Origin: a bacterium
GTDB lineage: Bacteria > Methylomirabilota > Methylomirabilia > CAVQYV01
Assembly (NCBI GenBank): GCA_043800755.1
Contig: JAZDMQ010000147.1
Span: forward strand, 1-38,079
Reading direction: 5' to 3'
DNA length: 38,079 nucleotides
Shown: one piece after another, positions 16,353 to 29,419 of the stretch
Layout of the letters: every line of letters starts with the position of its first letter
Numbering within the stretch: position 1 is the stretch's first letter
Program-made: the position numbers and the translations under genes
The notes under the pieces: generated by a model
What the model was told of the DNA's origin: nothing
Databases searched by the model: none
The model's input: the letters and a program-made list of their open reading frames with translations, nothing else

Positions 16353-18180
16353 TCGTCTGTCTCCTCGCCCTCTCCAGATAGATAAGCAGTAGCGAAATGG
16401 CTGCTGGTGTGATTCCGGGGATGCGCATCGCCTGACCCACAGAGGAGGGCCTGACCTCCCCCAGTTTCTGCCTGGCCTCCCAGGAAAACCCGTCCAGGCT
16501 CAAGTAGTCGAAATTGGGGGGGATCCTCCGTTCTTCCCAGCGCGCCATCTTCTCCACCTGTTCCCGCTGTCGAGTGATGTAGCCCTCGTACTTGAGGAGG
16601 ATCTCCACCTGCTCGGCCGCCTCCGGGCCTATCCCCTTTATGCCGGGGTCCAGCCCCTCCAGGTCCTTCCATCCCACACCCGGCCTCTTCAGGATTTGGG
16701 CCATGGTCAGGGGCTCGTCCTCTCCCCGTCGCACGCGCTTGCCCCTCAACCTCTCCAATCCTCGCTCGATGGTATTTCTTTTCTGCTCTAACCTCAGGAA
16801 GTCCTCTCCGCCCAAAAGGCCCAGTCGATGGCCGTAGGCACCCAGCCTGAGGTCGGCATTGTCATGGCGCAGCAAGAGCCGGTATTCGGCGCGAGAGGTG
16901 AACATCCGATAGGGCTCGAGCGTCCCCTTGGTGACCAGATCGTCAATCAAGACCCCGATGTAGGCCTCATCCCTCCTCAAGATCAGGGGTTCTGACTTTC
17001 TCAATTTCAGGACGGCGTTGATCCCCGCCATGAGCCCTTGCGCCGCTGCCTCCTCGTAACCAGAGGTCCCGTTGATCTGACCGGCCAGATAGAGCCCAGC
17101 AACCGCCTTGGTCTCCAGGGTGGGTTTGAGCTGGGTGGGAAAGACGAAATCATATTCGATGGCATATCCCGGACGCAGGATCCTCACCCCCTCTAATCCC
17201 TCAATCCGGCGCAGCATCTCCCTCTGAACATCAAAGGGGAGGCTGGTCGAGACACCATTGGGATAGATCTCATGGGTATCCCTGCCCTCCGGCTCCAGGA
17301 ACACCCGATGGCTCTCCCTCTGGGGAAAACGCATGATCTTATCCTCGATGGAAGGGCAATAGCGCGGACCGATTCCTTTGATCTTCCCGCTGTAGAGGGG
17401 GGAGCGATCCAGGTTCTGGCGAATGACCTCGTGGGCCCGGGGATTGGTGTAGGCGAGGTAGCACGGGACCTGCTCCACTTGGAGGCCTGTTGTGCGGAAA
17501 GAGAAGGGTCGAGGGGGGTCATCCCCTAATTGAGAAGTCAAGCGGGAGAAATCGATGCTCCGGCCGTCCACGCGGGGCGTGGTGCCGGTCTTGAGACGCC
17601 CCAAGCGGAGTCCTATCTCGCGCAAGTTTTGGGAAAGGCCTATGGAGGGAGGGTCCCCTGCCCTGCCCCCGGGAAAGCTGGTCAAGCCGATGTGGATCAG
17701 GCCGTTGAGGAAGGTGCCGGTGGCCAGGATCACCGCACCGCACCGGTAAACGACCCCCAGATGATCCTCCACCCCTGCCGCCCTCCCTCCTTCAATCAAT
17801 ACCCTCTCTGCCCTCGCCTCCCTCAGCTCCAGGCCGGGCTGTTCTTCTAACGCCCGCTTCAGGTAGAGACGATAGCGGAGTTTGTCGGCCTGTGCCCGGG
17901 GCGCCTGGACTGCAGGGCCCTTGCCCGTATTCAAGATCCGGAAGTGGATCCCCGTGGCGTCGATGGCCCTGGCCATCTCCCCCCCCAGGGCATCGATCTC
18001 CCTCACCAGATGACCCTTGGCTAGCCCTCCAATGGCGGGATTGCAGGACATGAGGGCCAGATGATCCAGGTTGATCGCCAGCAACAAGGTGCGCGCGCCC
18101 ATGCGGGCTGCGGCAAGGGCGGCCTCACATCCCGCATGACCACCGCCCACCACAATCACTTCATAGGCATCCTCTGCCAT
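16342..18180 (-). CDS. mnmG: tRNA uridine-5-carboxymethylaminomethyl synthesis enzyme MnmG (GidA)
   Basis: [52 protein letters not shown] at 18180. Confidence 0.97.
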   Translation of the reverse strand: MAEDAYEVIVVGGGHAGCEAALAAARMGARTLLLAINLDHLALMSCNPAIGGLAKGHLVREIDALGGEMARAIDATGIHFRILNTGKGPAVQAPRAQADKLRYRLYLKRALEEQPGLELREARAERVLIEGGRAAGVEDHLGVVYRCGAVILATGTFLNGLIHIGLTSFPGGRAGDPPSIGLSQNLREIGLRLGRLKTGTTPRVDGRSIDFSRLTSQLGDDPPRPFSFRTTGLQVEQVPCYLAYTNPRAHEVIRQNLDRSPLYSGKIKGIGPRYCPSIEDKIMRFPQRESHRVFLEPEGRDTHEIYPNGVSTSLPFDVQREMLRRIEGLEGVRILRPGYAIEYDFVFPTQLKPTLETKAVAGLYLAGQINGTSGYEEAAAQGLMAGINAVLKLRKSEPLILRRDEAYIGVLIDDLVTKGTLEPYRMFTSRAEYRLLLRHDNADLRLGAYGHRLGLLGGEDFLRLEQKRNTIERGLERLRGKRVRRGEDEPLTMAQILKRPGVGWKDLEGLDPGIKGIGPEAAEQVEILLKYEGYITRQREQVEKMARWEERRIPPNFDYLSLDGFSWEARQKLGEVRPSSVGQAMRIPGITPAAISLLLIYLERARRQTSEA

Positions 18181-18187
18181 TTCTTCC

Positions 18188-19588
18188 TCACTTGCCAATG
18201 CAGAACCGGGAAAAGATCTCCGCCAACAGGTCCTCGGAGGTCGTCTCCCCGGTGATTTCGCCCAAGGCATCCACAGACTCTCGCAAGTCGAGGCCCACAA
18301 ATTCTGAAGAGAGGCCATGGGAAAGGGCTTCCTTTCCCCGCAGCAGCGCGCGTTCTGCCTCCTCCAGGGCCTTCCGATGGTGAAGATGGGTGATCACCAA
18401 ATCCTGGGTCAGGTCCAGGCCCCCTTTCTTCATCGCCTCCACCATGGCCTCCCTCAGCTGCCCTAGCCCCGCCCCGGTCCGGGCGGAGACCTTCAGGCAG
18501 GGCAGATCGGGCCCCAGGACCGCCAATTCTCGCGTCTTCACCTGCACCTCCAGATCCGCCTTGTTTAACAGCAGCAAGCCCTTTCGCCCCTTCACTTCCC
18601 TGAGCAGACCCCGATCCTGCTCCGTCAAGGCCTCGCTGCCATCGATCACCAATAGAAGGAGGTCCGCCTTCTCCATCCAGGCCTTTCCCCTCTCCACTCC
18701 CTCCTGTTCTGCTAGGTCCAGCCGCGAGTCGTCCCTGCGCATCCCTGCCGTGTCAATCAACCGGAAGGGCAAACCCTCCAGGCTGAGGACCTCCTCCAAA
18801 GAATCCCGCGTGGTCCCAGGGTAGGGGGTTACGATCGCCCGCTCTCTCTGCAAAAGGGCATTAAAGAGGCTCGATTTCCCCACATTGGAGCGTCCGATGA
18901 GGGCCGTAACAATCCCCTCCTGGAATAACCTTCCCTCCTGGAAGCTCGAAGTGAGCCCTCTCAGCTCCTGGAGGACCTTCTCCATCTCTTTCTCCATCCC
19001 TGCCTCGGAGAGGATTTGCAGATCCTCCTCCGGAAAGTCGATCGCCGCCTCGACCTCCGCGGATAGGGAAAGCAGCCGCCCTCTCAGCTCCTTTATCCTT
19101 CGGGACAGGGTGCCGTCGAGGTGCCGCATGGCCAACTTCAGCCCTCGTTCACTCTTGGCCCGGACGATCTCCAATACGGCCTCCGCCTGGGCCAAGTCGA
19201 TCCTCCCGTTGAGGAAGGCCCGCCTGGTAAACTCGCCTGGGTCGGCCAGACGGGCGCCCTCCTCCAGGACTAGCTCCAGGATGCGAAGCAAGGGAACGAG
19301 GCCTCCGTGCCCGTTAATTTCGATGATGTCTTCTGCCGTGTAGGAGTGCGGGGATCGCATGATGGCCAGTAGGACTTCGTCGACCTTCTCTCCCCGTTCT
19401 GGATCGATGATGAACCCCTGGTGGAGGGTATGGCTGGGAAAGGTGGAAGGCTTTGTCCTGCGGGAGGATTGAAATAGCCGGTCGGCAATGGCCAGGGCGA
19501 GGGGGCCGCTCGCGCGCACGATTCCAATCCCGCCCTCTCCCATGGGAGTGGAGATAGCAGCTATGGTGTCGCGATCCTTGACCCTCAT
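18188..19588 (-). CDS. mnmE: tRNA modification GTPase MnmE (TrmE)
   Basis: [43 protein letters not shown]-terminal FCIGK. Confidence 0.97.
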   Translation of the reverse strand: MRVKDRDTIAAISTPMGEGGIGIVRASGPLALAIADRLFQSSRRTKPSTFPSHTLHQGFIIDPERGEKVDEVLLAIMRSPHSYTAEDIIEINGHGGLVPLLRILELVLEEGARLADPGEFTRRAFLNGRIDLAQAEAVLEIVRAKSERGLKLAMRHLDGTLSRRIKELRGRLLSLSAEVEAAIDFPEEDLQILSEAGMEKEMEKVLQELRGLTSSFQEGRLFQEGIVTALIGRSNVGKSSLFNALLQRERAIVTPYPGTTRDSLEEVLSLEGLPFRLIDTAGMRRDDSRLDLAEQEGVERGKAWMEKADLLLLVIDGSEALTEQDRGLLREVKGRKGLLLLNKADLEVQVKTRELAVLGPDLPCLKVSARTGAGLGQLREAMVEAMKKGGLDLTQDLVITHLHHRKALEEAERALLRGKEALSHGLSSEFVGLDLRESVDALGEITGETTSEDLLAEIFSRFCIGK

Positions 19589-19640
19589 CAACTCTCGCTC
19601 AGGGAGAGACAACCCCGTTGGTTCCGCTCCTCCGAATGGC

Positions 19641-20273
19641 CTAAGCCGCCTTTACCGGAACCACATGGACCCTTTTGAGGTAACCCTCCCCTTCGCTGAA
19701 GGTATTGACCTCGGGATCTTCTTGCAGGGTTATGTGGATGATCCTTCTCTCGTAGGGACCGAGCGGGACCAGGACGATTTCCCTCCCCGCAGATTTCGCC
19801 TTTTCGGCGGCCCGGTGGGCAAAGGAGACGGTCTCTTCCCGCTTCCTGGCGCGATATCCCTCCGCATCAAGGATGACGCGATTTCTCCTCAGGCCGTCTG
19901 GGTTCAGGATGCGGTTCAACAGATATTGCAGGGCGTCCAGGGTCTCGCCCTTCCTTCCAATAAGCAAGCCAGCCTCCTGGCTCCTCAGCTCTAGGAGCAG
20001 GCAATCCTGGCCTTTTCCCGCCGAGACCTCGCATTGAATTCCCATCTGTTCCAGGACTCTGTGCAGAAGTCCTTTGGCCTCATTGAGAAGGGGATCCTCT
20101 TCCGGGACCGTCACCCTGATTCTCACGCCCCGCCCTGCCAGAAACCGGAAGATCTTGTGGTTGGGCTCCGAAAGGATTTCGACCTGGGCCTGTTCTCGCC
20201 CCACGCCCAGCTCTTCCAGGGCCTTTTCGATGGCCTCTTCGGCGGTCCTCCCCTCCTTTTCCACGCTTCTCAT
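19641..20273 (-). CDS. jag: RNA-binding protein Jag/KhpB/EloR (Jag_N, KH, R3H)
   Basis: MRSVEKEGRTAEEAIEKAL, LIGRKGETLDALQYL (KH), ERRIIH (R3H); ATG overlaps the yidC stop. Confidence 0.92.
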   Translation of the reverse strand: MRSVEKEGRTAEEAIEKALEELGVGREQAQVEILSEPNHKIFRFLAGRGVRIRVTVPEEDPLLNEAKGLLHRVLEQMGIQCEVSAGKGQDCLLLELRSQEAGLLIGRKGETLDALQYLLNRILNPDGLRRNRVILDAEGYRARKREETVSFAHRAAEKAKSAGREIVLVPLGPYERRIIHITLQEDPEVNTFSEGEGYLKRVHVVPVKAA

Positions 20274-21886
20274 CCGCTTCCTCCTGCCTTCGCGGGAACC
20301 TTCAGCTGCCGATTGATGTAAAGCTGCTGGCCCATGCCCAAAAGGTTGCTCACCAGGAAATAGAGGACCAGCCCGGAAGGGAAATTGAGGAACATGAAGG
20401 TGAAGACGACGGGCATGAGGAGCATTATCTTCGCCTGCCTCGGATCTCCGACAGTAGGAGTCATCCACTGCTGAATTAACCAAGAGGCGCCCATCAAGAT
20501 CGGCAATACATAATAGGGATCTTTGGCAGAGAGGTCCTTTATCCACAGAACAAACGGGGACCTCCAGAGCTCGACGGAGTTGATGAGCGCATTGTAGAGG
20601 GCAATGAAGATGGGGATTTGAACCACCATGGGCAGGCATCCCCCCATGGGATTGATGTGGTGTTTCCGGTAAAGCTCCATCAGCTCTTGATTCATCCTCT
20701 TGGAATCGCCCTTGAACCTCTCCCGCAATAGACTGATCTTCGGCTGCACCTTCTGCATCTCCTGCATGGATTTGAAGCTCTTCTGGGTTAGAGGGAAGAG
20801 GATTATTCGTACCAGGAAGGTCAGGATAATGATGGCGAGCCCGTAGTTCTTCAGGTGCTTATTGATATACTTCAGGAAGTAAAGGGCCGGGCGCGCGAGG
20901 AAATCAAACCAGCCCAGGTCGATGATCTCCCGCATCTGGAATCCGAGGCGGGTGAGCCGATCGATTTCCTTGGGGCCTACGAATAGGGAAAAGCGCTCGC
21001 TCGCCTCCTCCCCCGGAGGCAGATTCGCCTTGGGAAAGATGAGACCCACCACCGGCCCTTTATCCTGCATCTTCTCCACCCGGGCCTTGGCCCCCTTCTC
21101 CAGGGGGATGAGCGCCGCACAGAAATAGCTATCGTGAATTGCCGTCCACGAGACTGCGCCCTCATGCTCGGCGGCCCGATCCAGCTTCTCCCACTTGTCC
21201 TGGAGGCGCTGCCCGTTGACCACCGAGGTGGGGGGCTTTAGGCCCTTGTCCCCCTCCTGCCCGCTCTCTCGAATCCCGGGGCCCCAAAGCAGGTCGAAAG
21301 TCAGGCCCTGCGCACGGGAGCTCAGATTCCTGGCCTTGGTCTCCACATCGACCTTGTAGTCGTCCTGAAAAAAGGTGAGGGACTTGGTGAGCTCGAGCCC
21401 AGTGGAGGTCACATACTGTAGGGTGATCGTCCCCTGGGGTCGGGATTCGGAAAGAAGGAGTTGCTGGGGATGAGCAGTATAGTTCTGGGTGCTTGCCTCA
21501 GGGTTGCCGGACCAGGTGCGCAGGGCGACCGAACCGTCCCCGGCGGTTCCCTTCCCGATGATCTCTACCGGCTTTCCATCGGACTCCAGGTATTTCTTCA
21601 ATTGCCAGCTCTTGATCTGCCCGCCCCGGTTGCTGACCACCACCCGCAACAGATCTGTCTCCACCACAATGTCCTGCTCCTCAACGGGTCTTCGGGCCAG
21701 GGGTGGGTGGAGCCAGCTCTCGGCAGTCAATCCGGGCGGCCTCTCCCTCTCGGCTGGGGCAGGACGGGCAGACTCCTCCCGTTGGGGCGGGGGGGGCGTC
21801 GCCGGCCGGTTTCTCCCCATATAATATTGATAGCCCATCAAGATGAGGACCATGATTACAATCGCCACTAAGGTTCTTCGATCCAT
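20270..21886 (-). CDS. yidC: Membrane protein insertase YidC (long form with periplasmic domain)
   Basis: N-terminal TM, FVGPK, DLGWF, NPMGGCLP, WIKDLSAKDPYYVLP, FPSGLVLY. Confidence 0.96.
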   Translation of the reverse strand: MDRRTLVAIVIMVLILMGYQYYMGRNRPATPPPPQREESARPAPAERERPPGLTAESWLHPPLARRPVEEQDIVVETDLLRVVVSNRGGQIKSWQLKKYLESDGKPVEIIGKGTAGDGSVALRTWSGNPEASTQNYTAHPQQLLLSESRPQGTITLQYVTSTGLELTKSLTFFQDDYKVDVETKARNLSSRAQGLTFDLLWGPGIRESGQEGDKGLKPPTSVVNGQRLQDKWEKLDRAAEHEGAVSWTAIHDSYFCAALIPLEKGAKARVEKMQDKGPVVGLIFPKANLPPGEEASERFSLFVGPKEIDRLTRLGFQMREIIDLGWFDFLARPALYFLKYINKHLKNYGLAIIILTFLVRIILFPLTQKSFKSMQEMQKVQPKISLLRERFKGDSKRMNQELMELYRKHHINPMGGCLPMVVQIPIFIALYNALINSVELWRSPFVLWIKDLSAKDPYYVLPILMGASWLIQQWMTPTVGDPRQAKIMLLMPVVFTFMFLNFPSGLVLYFLVSNLLGMGQQLYINRQLKVPAKAGGSG

Positions 21887-21938
21887 ATCAATCCTTGTCG
21901 GAAACTAAGAGAAAGGGTTGGGAAAGGGGCGGCCCCCC

Positions 21939-22166
21939 TCAGGCAAGAGGATCAAGGCCCCCGGGGTGGAAGGGATGACACTTGAGGATCCGGAGAATGG
22001 CGAAGCAAGAGCCGCCGATGGCGCCATATCTCTCCACTGCTTGTCTTGCATACTCTGAGCATGTGGGGTAGAATCGGCAGTGAGGGGGAAAGAGGGGAGA
22101 GACCGCCCTTTGATAAAAGCCGATCGCCCCGCACAGCCCCTCCCTTGCTAACGATGAGATCCCCAT
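21939..22166 (-). CDS. yidD: Membrane protein insertion efficiency factor YidD
   Basis: [33 protein letters not shown]. Confidence 0.95.
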   Translation of the reverse strand: MGISSLAREGLCGAIGFYQRAVSPLFPPHCRFYPTCSEYARQAVERYGAIGGSCFAILRILKCHPFHPGGLDPLA

Positions 22167-22176
22167 GGTCCTTTGT

Positions 22177-22542
22177 CTATCTCCCCTGAGCCTCGACGGC
22201 CAGGCCAGACCGGGCGATCATTGTGGAAAGCATCTCCTCCACTTCCTTCAGTTTCATCCTGGAGAGGTCTTTGGACACAGCCACGATGACATCCGTCCCG
22301 GAAGGGAGCTGGCCCCGGTGGACGCGAAATGCCTCCCTAACCAACCTTTTCGACCGATTTCGGGCGACTGCCGAGCCGAGGCGTCTCCTCAGGCTCACCC
22401 CCAGGCGCGTCTCTGCCGATTCCTTTTGCAGGAGAAGGTAGAGCTGAAGGTGCTCTCCCCTGATCCTCTTGCCCCTTGCCAAGATCCGCTTGAATTCCCG
22501 CGCAAATCTTACGCGCCGCGCGGCGGCAGAGCTCACCTTCAT
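22177..22542 (-). CDS. rnpA: Ribonuclease P protein component
   Basis: RLGVSL...[13 protein letters not shown] (RNR motif); between rpmH and yidD. Confidence 0.93.
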   Translation of the reverse strand: MKVSSAAARRVRFAREFKRILARGKRIRGEHLQLYLLLQKESAETRLGVSLRRRLGSAVARNRSKRLVREAFRVHRGQLPSGTDVIVAVSKDLSRMKLKEVEEMLSTMIARSGLAVEAQGR

Positions 22543-22557
22543 CGAGCCATGACCCCC

Positions 22558-22695
22558 TTAGCTCAATGCCAACCGTTTTCGACCCTTTGCCCTCCTTCGG
22601 TTGATGAGCTTGCGTCCGCTGGGGGTGCTCATCCTCTTCAAAAAGCCACAGGTCGCTCGCCGCTTGCTTTTCTTTGGCTGATATGTCCTTTTCAA
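22558..22695 (-). CDS. rpmH: 50S ribosomal protein L34
   Basis: Below the ORF-track size cutoff; manual translation from TTG gives [45 protein letters not shown]. Confidence 0.95.
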   Translation of the reverse strand: MKRTYQPKKSKRRATCGFLKRMSTPSGRKLINRRRAKGRKRLALS

Positions 22696-22729
22696 TCGGT
22701 ACCCCCCCTGTCTCAAATATTGCCTGCGT

Positions 22730-22758
22730 AGTATAAATGGTTGCCCTCACTCTGTCAA
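22730..22758 (-). promoter_or_regulatory. Sigma70 promoter of the rpmH-rnpA-yidD-yidC operon
   Basis: Minus strand TTGACA (22758-22753), 17 bp, TATACT (22735-22730). Confidence 0.8.
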
Positions 22759-22874
22759 GACACAAAAGGCCCGGGGCCGGAGGGTCTTTGCCCCGCGAAT
22801 TGGGAAGGGTCTGCCGCGGGCGCTTTTCCTTGCTCTCCAATCTGAAGAAGAGGGGAACAGAGGATAAAAACAGG

Positions 22875-22903
22875 TTGCCTGGTCCAATCGATTGTGCTAA
22901 GAT
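22875..22903 (+). promoter_or_regulatory. Probable dnaA promoter
   Basis: TTGCCT, 17 bp, TAAGAT with extended -10 TG; DnaA boxes lie downstream, consistent with autoregulation. Confidence 0.6.
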
Positions 22904-23014
22904 GCCAATGGCTCGGCTGGGGCAAAGTGCTGGGCGTCTCTCCTTCTTAACGGGGGGGGGAGGAAGGAAGGGTATCTCCAGATTCAACCTATTAATTTCG
23001 AAAGGTATTTCGCC

Positions 23015-23124
23015 TTATCCACAGTTGTGGATAAGGCTGTGTATAACCAATCTCATTAGATTTTGCGCCCCTTTTTTCGCTTCTTTTTTTTCCATGACTT
23101 ATCCGTCTGGCCCCTTGTGGATAA
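23015..23124. other. DnaA-box cluster upstream of dnaA (oriC part 1)
   Basis: TTATCCACA 23015-23023, TGTGGATAA 23026-23034, TGTGTATAA 23038-23046, TGTGGATAA 23116-23124. Confidence 0.9.
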
Positions 23125-23145
23125 GAGGAGTCCCCGAACCTTAAG

Positions 23146-24489
23146 ATGACTAAGATGACCTCAAAGGAAGACCTCTGGGAAAAGGCCTTGGGCCGCATGG
23201 CCCAGATTGTCAACAAACAAGGTTTGGACACCTGGTTGCGCCCCGCCCAGATCCTCTCCGTAGAGGCCGGGGTGGTACAGATCGGGGTGCCCAACCGCTT
23301 TTTCAAAGGGTGGATCGAAGAGCACTATGCTAAGGACCTGCAGGAGGCCCTGGAGGAGACCCTGTCCACCAAAGTGAAGCTGGCCTTCTCGTCCGTGGAA
23401 GGGCCGACTGGGGACCTTCGCCCTGAGAAGAAGACGAGCCCGCGGACCGGGCCCCGCCCTGAGGACCGCTCTCCGCGCTTCAATCCCAAATACACCTTTG
23501 AGAGCTTTGTGGTGGGCTCGTCCAATCAATTTGCCAGGGCCGCCTCGCTCCGTGTCGCCGAAGAGCCGTCAAAGGCCTATAACCCCCTTTTCATTTATGG
23601 TGGTTTCGGCCTGGGCAAGACGCACCTACTTCATGCCATCGGGAGTCGGGCGCTGGAAAGAAACCCGTCTCTGAAGGTCTCCTATGTCTCCTCAGAGAAG
23701 TTTATGAACGAGCTGATCAACTCCCTCCGGTACGACTCGGTCACCGAGTTCAGAAATCGTTTCCGGAGTGTGGATCTTTTGTTAGTAGATGACATTCAAT
23801 TCATCGCGGGAAAGGAGAGGACCCAAGAGGAGTTCTTCCACACCTTTAATGACCTCCACGATGCCCACAAGCAGATCGTGATCTCCAGCGACAGCATCCC
23901 CAAAGACATCCCGACCCTGCAAGAGAGGCTACGATCCCGCTTCGAGTGGGGGCTCCTGGCTGATATACAACCCCCGGATCTGGAGACCAAGACGGCCATC
24001 CTCCGCAAGAAGGCCGAATCAGAGGGCATTGACCTTCCCGACGATGTCTCCCTTTTCATCGCCAACAAGATCAAATCGAGTATCCGAGAGCTGGAGGGCT
24101 GTTTGGTTCGAATCGTGGCTTTCTCTTCCCTTACCGGCCGAAAGATCGACATTGAATTCGCCCAGGAAATCCTCAAGGAGTTGTTGGACAAGAATGAAAA
24201 GGTGATCACCATCTCCGACATACAGCAGGTGGTGGCCGAGCATTGCTCTTTAAAGGTCTCTGACCTGAAGTCAAAAAACCGGAATAAATCGGTGGTCGTC
24301 CCACGGCAGATGGCCATGTATCTGGCCCGGACACTGACCAACTCCTCCTTGCCTGAAATAGGAAAGGTCTTTGGGGGAAAGGATCATACAACAGTTATCC
24401 ACGCCTGCAATAAGGTGAAAAATAAGATAATTCAGGAAAAGGCCTTCCGTAAAGAGGTTGAAACGATTACCAATAAAATAATCTCATAA
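23146..24489 (+). CDS. dnaA: Chromosomal replication initiator DnaA
   Basis: NPKYTFESFVVG, YNPLFIYGGFGLGKTHL, DDIQF, QEEFFHTFN, RELEG, GGKDHTTVIHA. Confidence 0.98.
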   Translation: MTKMTSKEDLWEKALGRMAQIVNKQGLDTWLRPAQILSVEAGVVQIGVPNRFFKGWIEEHYAKDLQEALEETLSTKVKLAFSSVEGPTGDLRPEKKTSPRTGPRPEDRSPRFNPKYTFESFVVGSSNQFARAASLRVAEEPSKAYNPLFIYGGFGLGKTHLLHAIGSRALERNPSLKVSYVSSEKFMNELINSLRYDSVTEFRNRFRSVDLLLVDDIQFIAGKERTQEEFFHTFNDLHDAHKQIVISSDSIPKDIPTLQERLRSRFEWGLLADIQPPDLETKTAILRKKAESEGIDLPDDVSLFIANKIKSSIRELEGCLVRIVAFSSLTGRKIDIEFAQEILKELLDKNEKVITISDIQQVVAEHCSLKVSDLKSKNRNKSVVVPRQMAMYLARTLTNSSLPEIGKVFGGKDHTTVIHACNKVKNKIIQEKAFRKEVETITNKIIS

Positions 24490-24635
24490 CTTTATTGGTT
24501 ATTCACGGGTTATTCTAAGAGGCCGGGGTCTTGAAACTGAATACTTACTCTCTTTTTCCACTCTCCAATAGCTGCACTACTCCTTCTTCTAATTTTTAAA
24601 TATTTATTAAGAAAGATATTAGCGTTGTGGAAATA
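24490..24635. other. oriC part 2: degenerate DnaA boxes, DnaA-trios and AT-rich unwinding element
   Basis: TTATTCACG at 24499, TTTTCCACT 24554-24562, CTA-CTC-CTT-CTT-CTA 24577-24591 (TAG/AAG trios on the other strand), then AATTTTTAAATATTTATTAAGAAAGATATT. Confidence 0.75.
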
Positions 24636-24660
24636 GTGTATGGGGCGAAAGGAGCACGGA

Positions 24661-25761
24661 ATGCATATTCGGATTGAAAAGGATAGCTTGCTGAATGCAG
24701 TCGCCCAGACTCAGGGGGTGGTTGAGACCAGAAAAACCCTCCCTATTCTCTCTTATATACTCCTCGAGGCTTTGGATAACCAAATAATCCTTTTTTGTAC
24801 CGATTTAGAGGTAGGGATCCGGGTGGCAATCGAAGCAGAGATATTAGAACCCGGCGCAATTGCTCTACCAGCTAAGAGGTTTTACGACATCCTCCGGGAG
24901 CTGTCGCCTTCGCCCCTAAAGATCCACGCCGACAAAGATCTGCTTTTAACCATTCGCTGCGAGAGGGCAGAGTTCCGCTTGAAAGGAATATCCAAAGAGG
25001 AGTTTCCCCAGATGCCCGCCCTCGAGGGAGGAGAGTCTTTCTCTATTCCTAAGAAGGTTCTCAAGGATATGATTTTGAAGACCATCTTCGCCGTTTCGAC
25101 CGACCAAACCCGATATTCCTTGGCGGGGGTCTTCTTCCAAATAAAGGAGGACATGCAGATGGTGGCCACCGATGGGCACCGTTTGGCCATCGTCAAAATG
25201 CCGCGAACAGAGATCGTAGGAGAATTAACCAAGGATGCCATTATTCCCAGGAAGGCCCTCTCTGAGATTCTAAAGATGTTGCGAGACGACGAAGAGAGCA
25301 CCGTGGTCCGATTTTTGGGCTCCCAAATTATCTTTCAATTCCAACACGCGACCTTGATCAGCCGCCTGATCGAGGAACAATTCCCCAACTACGCGGCGGT
25401 CATCCCAAAAGCTGCAGACAAAAAGGTAATTCTAAATAAGGAACACCTCTGGGGAGCCTTAAAGAGGACCTCCGCCATTGTGGGCGAGAGAGGCGCCCCC
25501 ACCAAAATCGAGCTGAAAAAGAATCAGATGTTAGTGACCTGCACCAACATGGATCTCGGGGAGGCAAAGGAGTCAATCGATGTCGAATATGAAGAGGAAG
25601 ATCTCTCCATCGGCTTCAACGCTAAGTATTTGATGGATTTTTTGGGGGCCATCGAAGAGGAGCGGGTGATGATGTATCTTTCCGACAGCTTGAGTCCCAC
25701 CCTATTCCAGCCTCTGGGCCGAGATTCCTACCAGTGTGTGATTATGCCGATGAGAATCTGA
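24661..25761 (+). CDS. dnaN: DNA polymerase III beta sliding clamp
   Basis: TLPILS, TDLE, VATDGHRL, SRLIEEQFPNY, IGFNAKYL, VIMPMRI; ATG 24661 after AAGGAG. Confidence 0.97.
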   Translation: MHIRIEKDSLLNAVAQTQGVVETRKTLPILSYILLEALDNQIILFCTDLEVGIRVAIEAEILEPGAIALPAKRFYDILRELSPSPLKIHADKDLLLTIRCERAEFRLKGISKEEFPQMPALEGGESFSIPKKVLKDMILKTIFAVSTDQTRYSLAGVFFQIKEDMQMVATDGHRLAIVKMPRTEIVGELTKDAIIPRKALSEILKMLRDDEESTVVRFLGSQIIFQFQHATLISRLIEEQFPNYAAVIPKAADKKVILNKEHLWGALKRTSAIVGERGAPTKIELKKNQMLVTCTNMDLGEAKESIDVEYEEEDLSIGFNAKYLMDFLGAIEEERVMMYLSDSLSPTLFQPLGRDSYQCVIMPMRI

Positions 25762-25817
25762 GACCGAAAGGGAGGTCAGAGCAGGGTCTTATTACTGATC
25801 CGAAGATCCATCCCCGG

Positions 25818-25841
25818 AAGGCATCCTTGATGCCTTTTTTT
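25818..25841 (+). terminator. Intrinsic terminator between dnaN and recF
   Basis: AAGGCATC-CTT-GATGCCTT followed by TTTTT. Confidence 0.65.
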
Positions 25842-25852
25842 GTGAAACGCGA

Positions 25853-26941
25853 GTGCTCCTAAAACAGGTTTGGCTCTGGAATTTCCGCAATTACGAGGAG
25901 GCATCTTTAACCTTCGCGGCAAGGGTTGCCCTCCTGCAGGCGGAGAACTCACAAGGGAAGACCAATCTCTTGGAGGCCATCTATTATCTTTCTTCTCTCT
26001 CCTCCCCACAGTGTCATCGCCCCCAGGAGATGATCCGCCATGGGGCCCCCGGTTTTTCTATCAAGGGGAGGATGGAGGATCGGGTCGCGGAGAGAGATCT
26101 GGCAATCTGGCTGGGGGAAAAGGAGAGAGTGCTCTGGGTCGGGGGGAAAAGGGTCAGCCACCCAGGAAGGTATTGGAACAAGCTTCCCGCGGTGATGTTT
26201 TGTCCGGACGACCTGGCCCTCGTCGCGGAGGCACATGATCTGCGCCGGAGGTTCTTGGATCGCTGTGTCGCCCTGGAGGACCACGGGTATCTGGAAGAAC
26301 TGGCGCGGCTGCGGCGGATCCTGATGCAGCGCAACCGGCTGCTGAAGCTGAAAAACAAGGCCCAGTTGCCTTATTGGGATGAACAGTTGGCAGACTCCTG
26401 GGGGAAGATTTTCCAGGGCCGGAGCCAGATCGTCTCCAGGCTGAACCGGGAGCTGCCCTCCATCCTGTATTCCTTGGGGGGCAGGAAAGGGGTGGCAGTA
26501 AAATATCGGCCACTGATGCCCCAGGACGCCCCATTTCCTTCTCCTGACCTCCTCCAAGACCTGCGGGAAGGCTGGGAGAAAGAGATGAGGGCGGGCTTCT
26601 CACTTTTTGGCCCGCATCGGGATGAGGTCCTGGTGGAACTGGAGGGATACGATGTGCGAAGATTTAGCTCCCGGGGAGAAAAGCGCCTCTTGGCCCTCTC
26701 TTTGAAACTCTTTGAGCTCTCCCACCTTGAACAGATCCGGGGCGAGCCCCCAATTGTCCTTTTGGATGACCTCTTTTCGGAACTGGACGAGGAGAGGAGA
26801 GGGAAGGTTGCGGCAAGGCTATTGGCGGGCGGTCAGGCGATGGTCACCTGCACGGACCTCACCCTGGTTCAGCCGCTTTTGCCGGGGGCAGAGGTCTTCA
26901 GGATCCATGAGGGTCGGGCAGAGAAGGTGGCGCAGGGGTGA
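25853..26941 (+). CDS. recF: DNA replication/repair protein RecF
   Basis: NFRNY, NSQGKTNLLEAIY, RRRFLD, GPHRDE, LLDDLFSELDEERR; between dnaN and gyrB. Confidence 0.92.
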   Translation: MLLKQVWLWNFRNYEEASLTFAARVALLQAENSQGKTNLLEAIYYLSSLSSPQCHRPQEMIRHGAPGFSIKGRMEDRVAERDLAIWLGEKERVLWVGGKRVSHPGRYWNKLPAVMFCPDDLALVAEAHDLRRRFLDRCVALEDHGYLEELARLRRILMQRNRLLKLKNKAQLPYWDEQLADSWGKIFQGRSQIVSRLNRELPSILYSLGGRKGVAVKYRPLMPQDAPFPSPDLLQDLREGWEKEMRAGFSLFGPHRDEVLVELEGYDVRRFSSRGEKRLLALSLKLFELSHLEQIRGEPPIVLLDDLFSELDEERRGKVAARLLAGGQAMVTCTDLTLVQPLLPGAEVFRIHEGRAEKVAQG

Positions 26942-29407
<2,466 letters not shown>

Positions 29408-29419
29408 GGACGCGAAAAG

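Noticed and set aside
19641..20639. N-terminal extensions in the ORF track for jag (also mnmG, tatC, DUF4013, parA, dnaX, tadA)
   Set aside because: The extensions overlap neighbouring genes or RNAs; downstream starts match the family N-termini.
22540..22550. Mini-ORF Met-Ala-Arg-stop overlapping the rnpA start
   Set aside because: SD spacing fits the rnpA ATG (10 nt) rather than the upstream ATG (2 nt); likely chance.
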